Below, piece after piece: positions 29,876 through 32,000 of a DNA stretch of 32,000 bases (position 1 is its first letter; every line of letters begins with the position of its first letter). The DNA is from Candidatus Saccharimonadota bacterium (GTDB lineage Bacteria > Patescibacteriota > Saccharimonadia > Saccharimonadales > Saccharimonadaceae): contig CP075337.1 of assembly GCA_025349965.1 (NCBI GenBank), positions 690,001-722,000 of the forward strand. Direction: 5' to 3'. A model generated the notes under the pieces. It searched no databases. It was not told the DNA's origin and saw only the letters and a program-made list of their open reading frames with translations. Position numbers and translations under genes: made by a program.

Positions 29876-32000
29876 CTAGAAGCGTGGCGGAAGTTCGGTT
29901 ATTGAAGCTGTTGGGATGCGACCAGTTTCAGTACTCTGCGCTGCGCCCCATAGGTACGCGTCTGGACGAAGATTGAACACCTCTGCGGGCGCAGGACCAC
30001 CCTGCCCCTTTGTTGCCCCTGCTGTGCGGTTCATTATAAGCTTCTTTGAGATAACAGGCCCATTCACAGTTAGCTTATTCCCACACTGATTTTGTGTAGG
30101 CGTAGCGTATTCGCGACAGGTTTGGATAACACCATTTGTCGTGCCAGTCGGAACAGCCACAAGCCAAGCGTCAACATTTGTAGCGTTGGCATTAATGCTG
30201 ATATTTCGGGCGATAATAATAAGTTGCGGAATGCGCTTAATTGAATTCATTCTACCCGTAGTGTTACTCGTGTCATAATTAAGGCTATTCTCAATAATTA
30301 CATCTCTATTGGGCGCATAGATCACGATAGTCTTCCCGAGTGGCATGGTGCCGCCACGTATCGTAACGGTGCCCGTACCGGTTGCTGGTGCCTTATAGAG
30401 GCCGGCTGCATCCGTCTCAGGCGCAATAGCCGTTCCAAGTGTCTTATCCGCCTGTGACGCGTAGCGATCCACGATCGTAGCGACACTTGCCGGCAACCTA
30501 TAGCGCCCCATCGTATTGACACCACAAGAATTACTCGAGTCCCTATTCGCAAGCGTCAAAAGACTAAGACTACATAAATCCGGCGTTACAAGCGTGGCAC
30601 CTTCCTGCTGTATTCCTCCAGCATATCCCGCCGCAGAGGCCATGCCGGTCACCTGGCCTGCAGCAGCAATGCCATACTCTGACCAAGACCCATACACCGT
30701 ACGGCTATACACCGGTGGTTCAACACTTACCGGTAGTACTGCAGCAATCTGTGGAAGCCCGAAACTGCTCGTAGCACCACTCGCTAACGTAAACCCTGTG
30801 CTATTCCACCCAATATTTCCCGTGCTATTTGGGTTATTTATCACCCCGATCTTATTACATCCGTAATTAGCGACGTACATTTTCCCGTCCGGCGCAGACT
30901 TTACTTGCCCACCACCACCGGCGCTCGTACAGCCGCGAAGCCCACTCGCCCCTACGGCAATATCCTGTTTAGTCGCAGCAACCTGAGCGCTCGTTGTAGC
31001 CCCGGAAAGCTTATACCTATGAAGGTCACCTATTGTGCCTGAATTATAAAGACTCGTGAAATATACATAGTTGCCATCGGGAGAGAAGTCACCCGAGTAA
31101 ACCGATGCACCAGTAACATTCCAGGCAAACTGCTTTGTAAATTTACCCGTTTCGGCATTGAAATTCAAAGTGCGGATTGTCCCAGTGCCCGTTTCGCGAC
31201 GCATAGTAATGACCATCTTTGTATGGTACTTATTATCTGGTGTATAGAAGTTAATCGTACCAAAACCAGGGGCAAATTGACCAGAAGACTTACCTGACAC
31301 CACCCCATCCCCCGGGTCAGAGTCTACAGGTGCAATCGAAGCGCCATCATTTGGCCCTGCCGCCCAATTATACGGAATGTGAAACGCCCTAATAATAGAC
31401 GTGCCCGGCTTGTTAGTGACAACCCAATACCCCTTGTCGTTACCCTCTCTCTTGCTCGGGACTACCGCAAGCGCTTCTCCAACGCCATTCCCGGAACCTT
31501 GTGGGCCAAGTGCCCTGTTTTTCGTTACCACCTCCTGCTTGTTCATGTCCACGACAGAATATTGTAACTTTCCAAGTAAGTGATCTTCAGTTCTGGCTGA
31601 TGACGTAACAATAACGTACCTATTATTTGAAATCGGGAAGACCGCCGCGGCCTGTGTCGTTGTTGCAGACGCATTAAGTCCGGTACCATTCTTCATTATC
31701 TTTCCAACCAATCCACCTTCGGTCGCAAGGCTATGAACACTTTTTCCATCCGTGAAGAACTGCATTTTACCCTCACGATTCGTAGCTACCGTAGCGCCCT
31801 CGTACCCCTCCATCTCTTTTGTTCGAGGAAGATTCTTTGGCGCAGCGCCGGAACTAGGAGCAAAATCAAGCGCAGCACCCTTTCCGAAGTACCAGAAGCG
31901 TTGAGTATTACGAATCTCTTGTTCGGTCACACTATTTGGTACATTCACCTGCTCGGTGCCATCGGTGGAAGTAGAGGTAGCCACAAGACCACTCGTACCG
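29876..32000 (-). CDS. Large secreted beta-propeller-like protein with C-terminal beta-rich domain (5' end outside window)
   Basis: More than 707 codons. The frame stays open upstream of the GTG at 31984 all the way to the window edge. Repeated blade-like motifs: WYFGKGAALDF, FFTDGKSVHS, YSVVDM, FSPDGNYVYFTS, SAPDGKMYVANYGCNKIGVINNPNS, GLPQ. The C-terminal ~250 aa include VIYAPNRDVIIENSLNY, PQLIIIARNISINANATNVDAWLVA and LTVNGPV, ending ELPPRF. Confidence 0.8.
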   Translation of the reverse strand, partial: GTSGLVATSTSTDGTEQVNVPNSVTEQEIRNTQRFWYFGKGAALDFAPSSGAAPKNLPRTKEMEGYEGATVATNREGKMQFFTDGKSVHSLATEGGLVGKIMKNGTGLNASATTTQAAAVFPISNNRYVIVTSSARTEDHLLGKLQYSVVDMNKQEVVTKNRALGPQGSGNGVGEALAVVPSKREGNDKGYWVVTNKPGTSIIRAFHIPYNWAAGPNDGASIAPVDSDPGDGVVSGKSSGQFAPGFGTINFYTPDNKYHTKMVITMRRETGTGTIRTLNFNAETGKFTKQFAWNVTGASVYSGDFSPDGNYVYFTSLYNSGTIGDLHRYKLSGATTSAQVAATKQDIAVGASGLRGCTSAGGGGQVKSAPDGKMYVANYGCNKIGVINNPNSTGNIGWNSTGFTLASGATSSFGLPQIAAVLPVSVEPPVYSRTVYGSWSEYGIAAAGQVTGMASAAGYAGGIQQEGATLVTPDLCSLSLLTLANRDSSNSCGVNTMGRYRLPASVATIVDRYASQADKTLGTAIAPETDAAGLYKAPATGTGTVTIRGGTMPLGKTIVIYAPNRDVIIENSLNYDTSNTTGRMNSIKRIPQLIIIARNISINANATNVDAWLVAVPTGTTNGVIQTCREYATPTQNQCGNKLTVNGPVISKKLIMNRTAGATKGQGGPAPAEVFNLRPDAYLWGAAQSTETGRIPTASITELPPRF

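Noticed and set aside
1-32000. CRISPR arrays, IS elements, rRNA genes, recoded genetic code
   Set aside because: No regularly spaced direct repeats, no transposase-like ORFs or terminal inverted repeats, and no rRNA-like sequence were seen. All conserved genes translate uninterrupted with the standard code, so a UGA-recoded lineage is unlikely.

Overview
Gene-dense bacterial chromosome segment, about 50% GC by eye, read with the standard genetic code (no in-frame UGA breaks in conserved genes). Most genes are on the minus strand, and many have 1-20 nt overlaps. From 1 to about 18 kb the content is housekeeping: infC 3' end, rpmI, rplT, RNase P RNA, rpmB, miaA, thrS, sodA, ndk, uppP, a Xer-type recombinase, and four singleton tRNAs (Val-GAC, Thr-CGU, Asp-GUC, Arg-CCU), all with encoded CCA. 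Interspersed accessory-looking genes include two orphan type IV pilin-like genes, one of them fused to an FGE/SUMF1-like domain. Others are a Nudix-RNase HI fusion, an alkyltransferase-like protein, a ligand-less MBL-fold pseudoenzyme next to a wHTH protein, and a processive GT2 membrane synthase. From 18.06 kb to the window end there is one co-directional type IV pilus locus. In transcription order it is: large beta-propeller protein (5' end outside the window), pilM, pilN, pilO-like, small TM protein, pilB, pilT, pilC, pilA, pilD and four minor pilins. It has no secretin. That, together with the compact operons, fits a monoderm-type envelope and possibly a CPR/Saccharibacteria-like organism; this is inference only. 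No rRNA, CRISPR array, IS element or prophage signature was seen. The items most worth follow-up are the pilin-FGE-like fusion, the beta-propeller protein heading the pilus locus, and a T-box-like attenuator leader before thrS. Also worth follow-up are two structured non-coding regions (3.59-3.78 kb and 10.0-10.34 kb), a palindrome-rich consensus promoter driving a leaderless 48-codon ORF, and recurrent leaderless promoter geometry.
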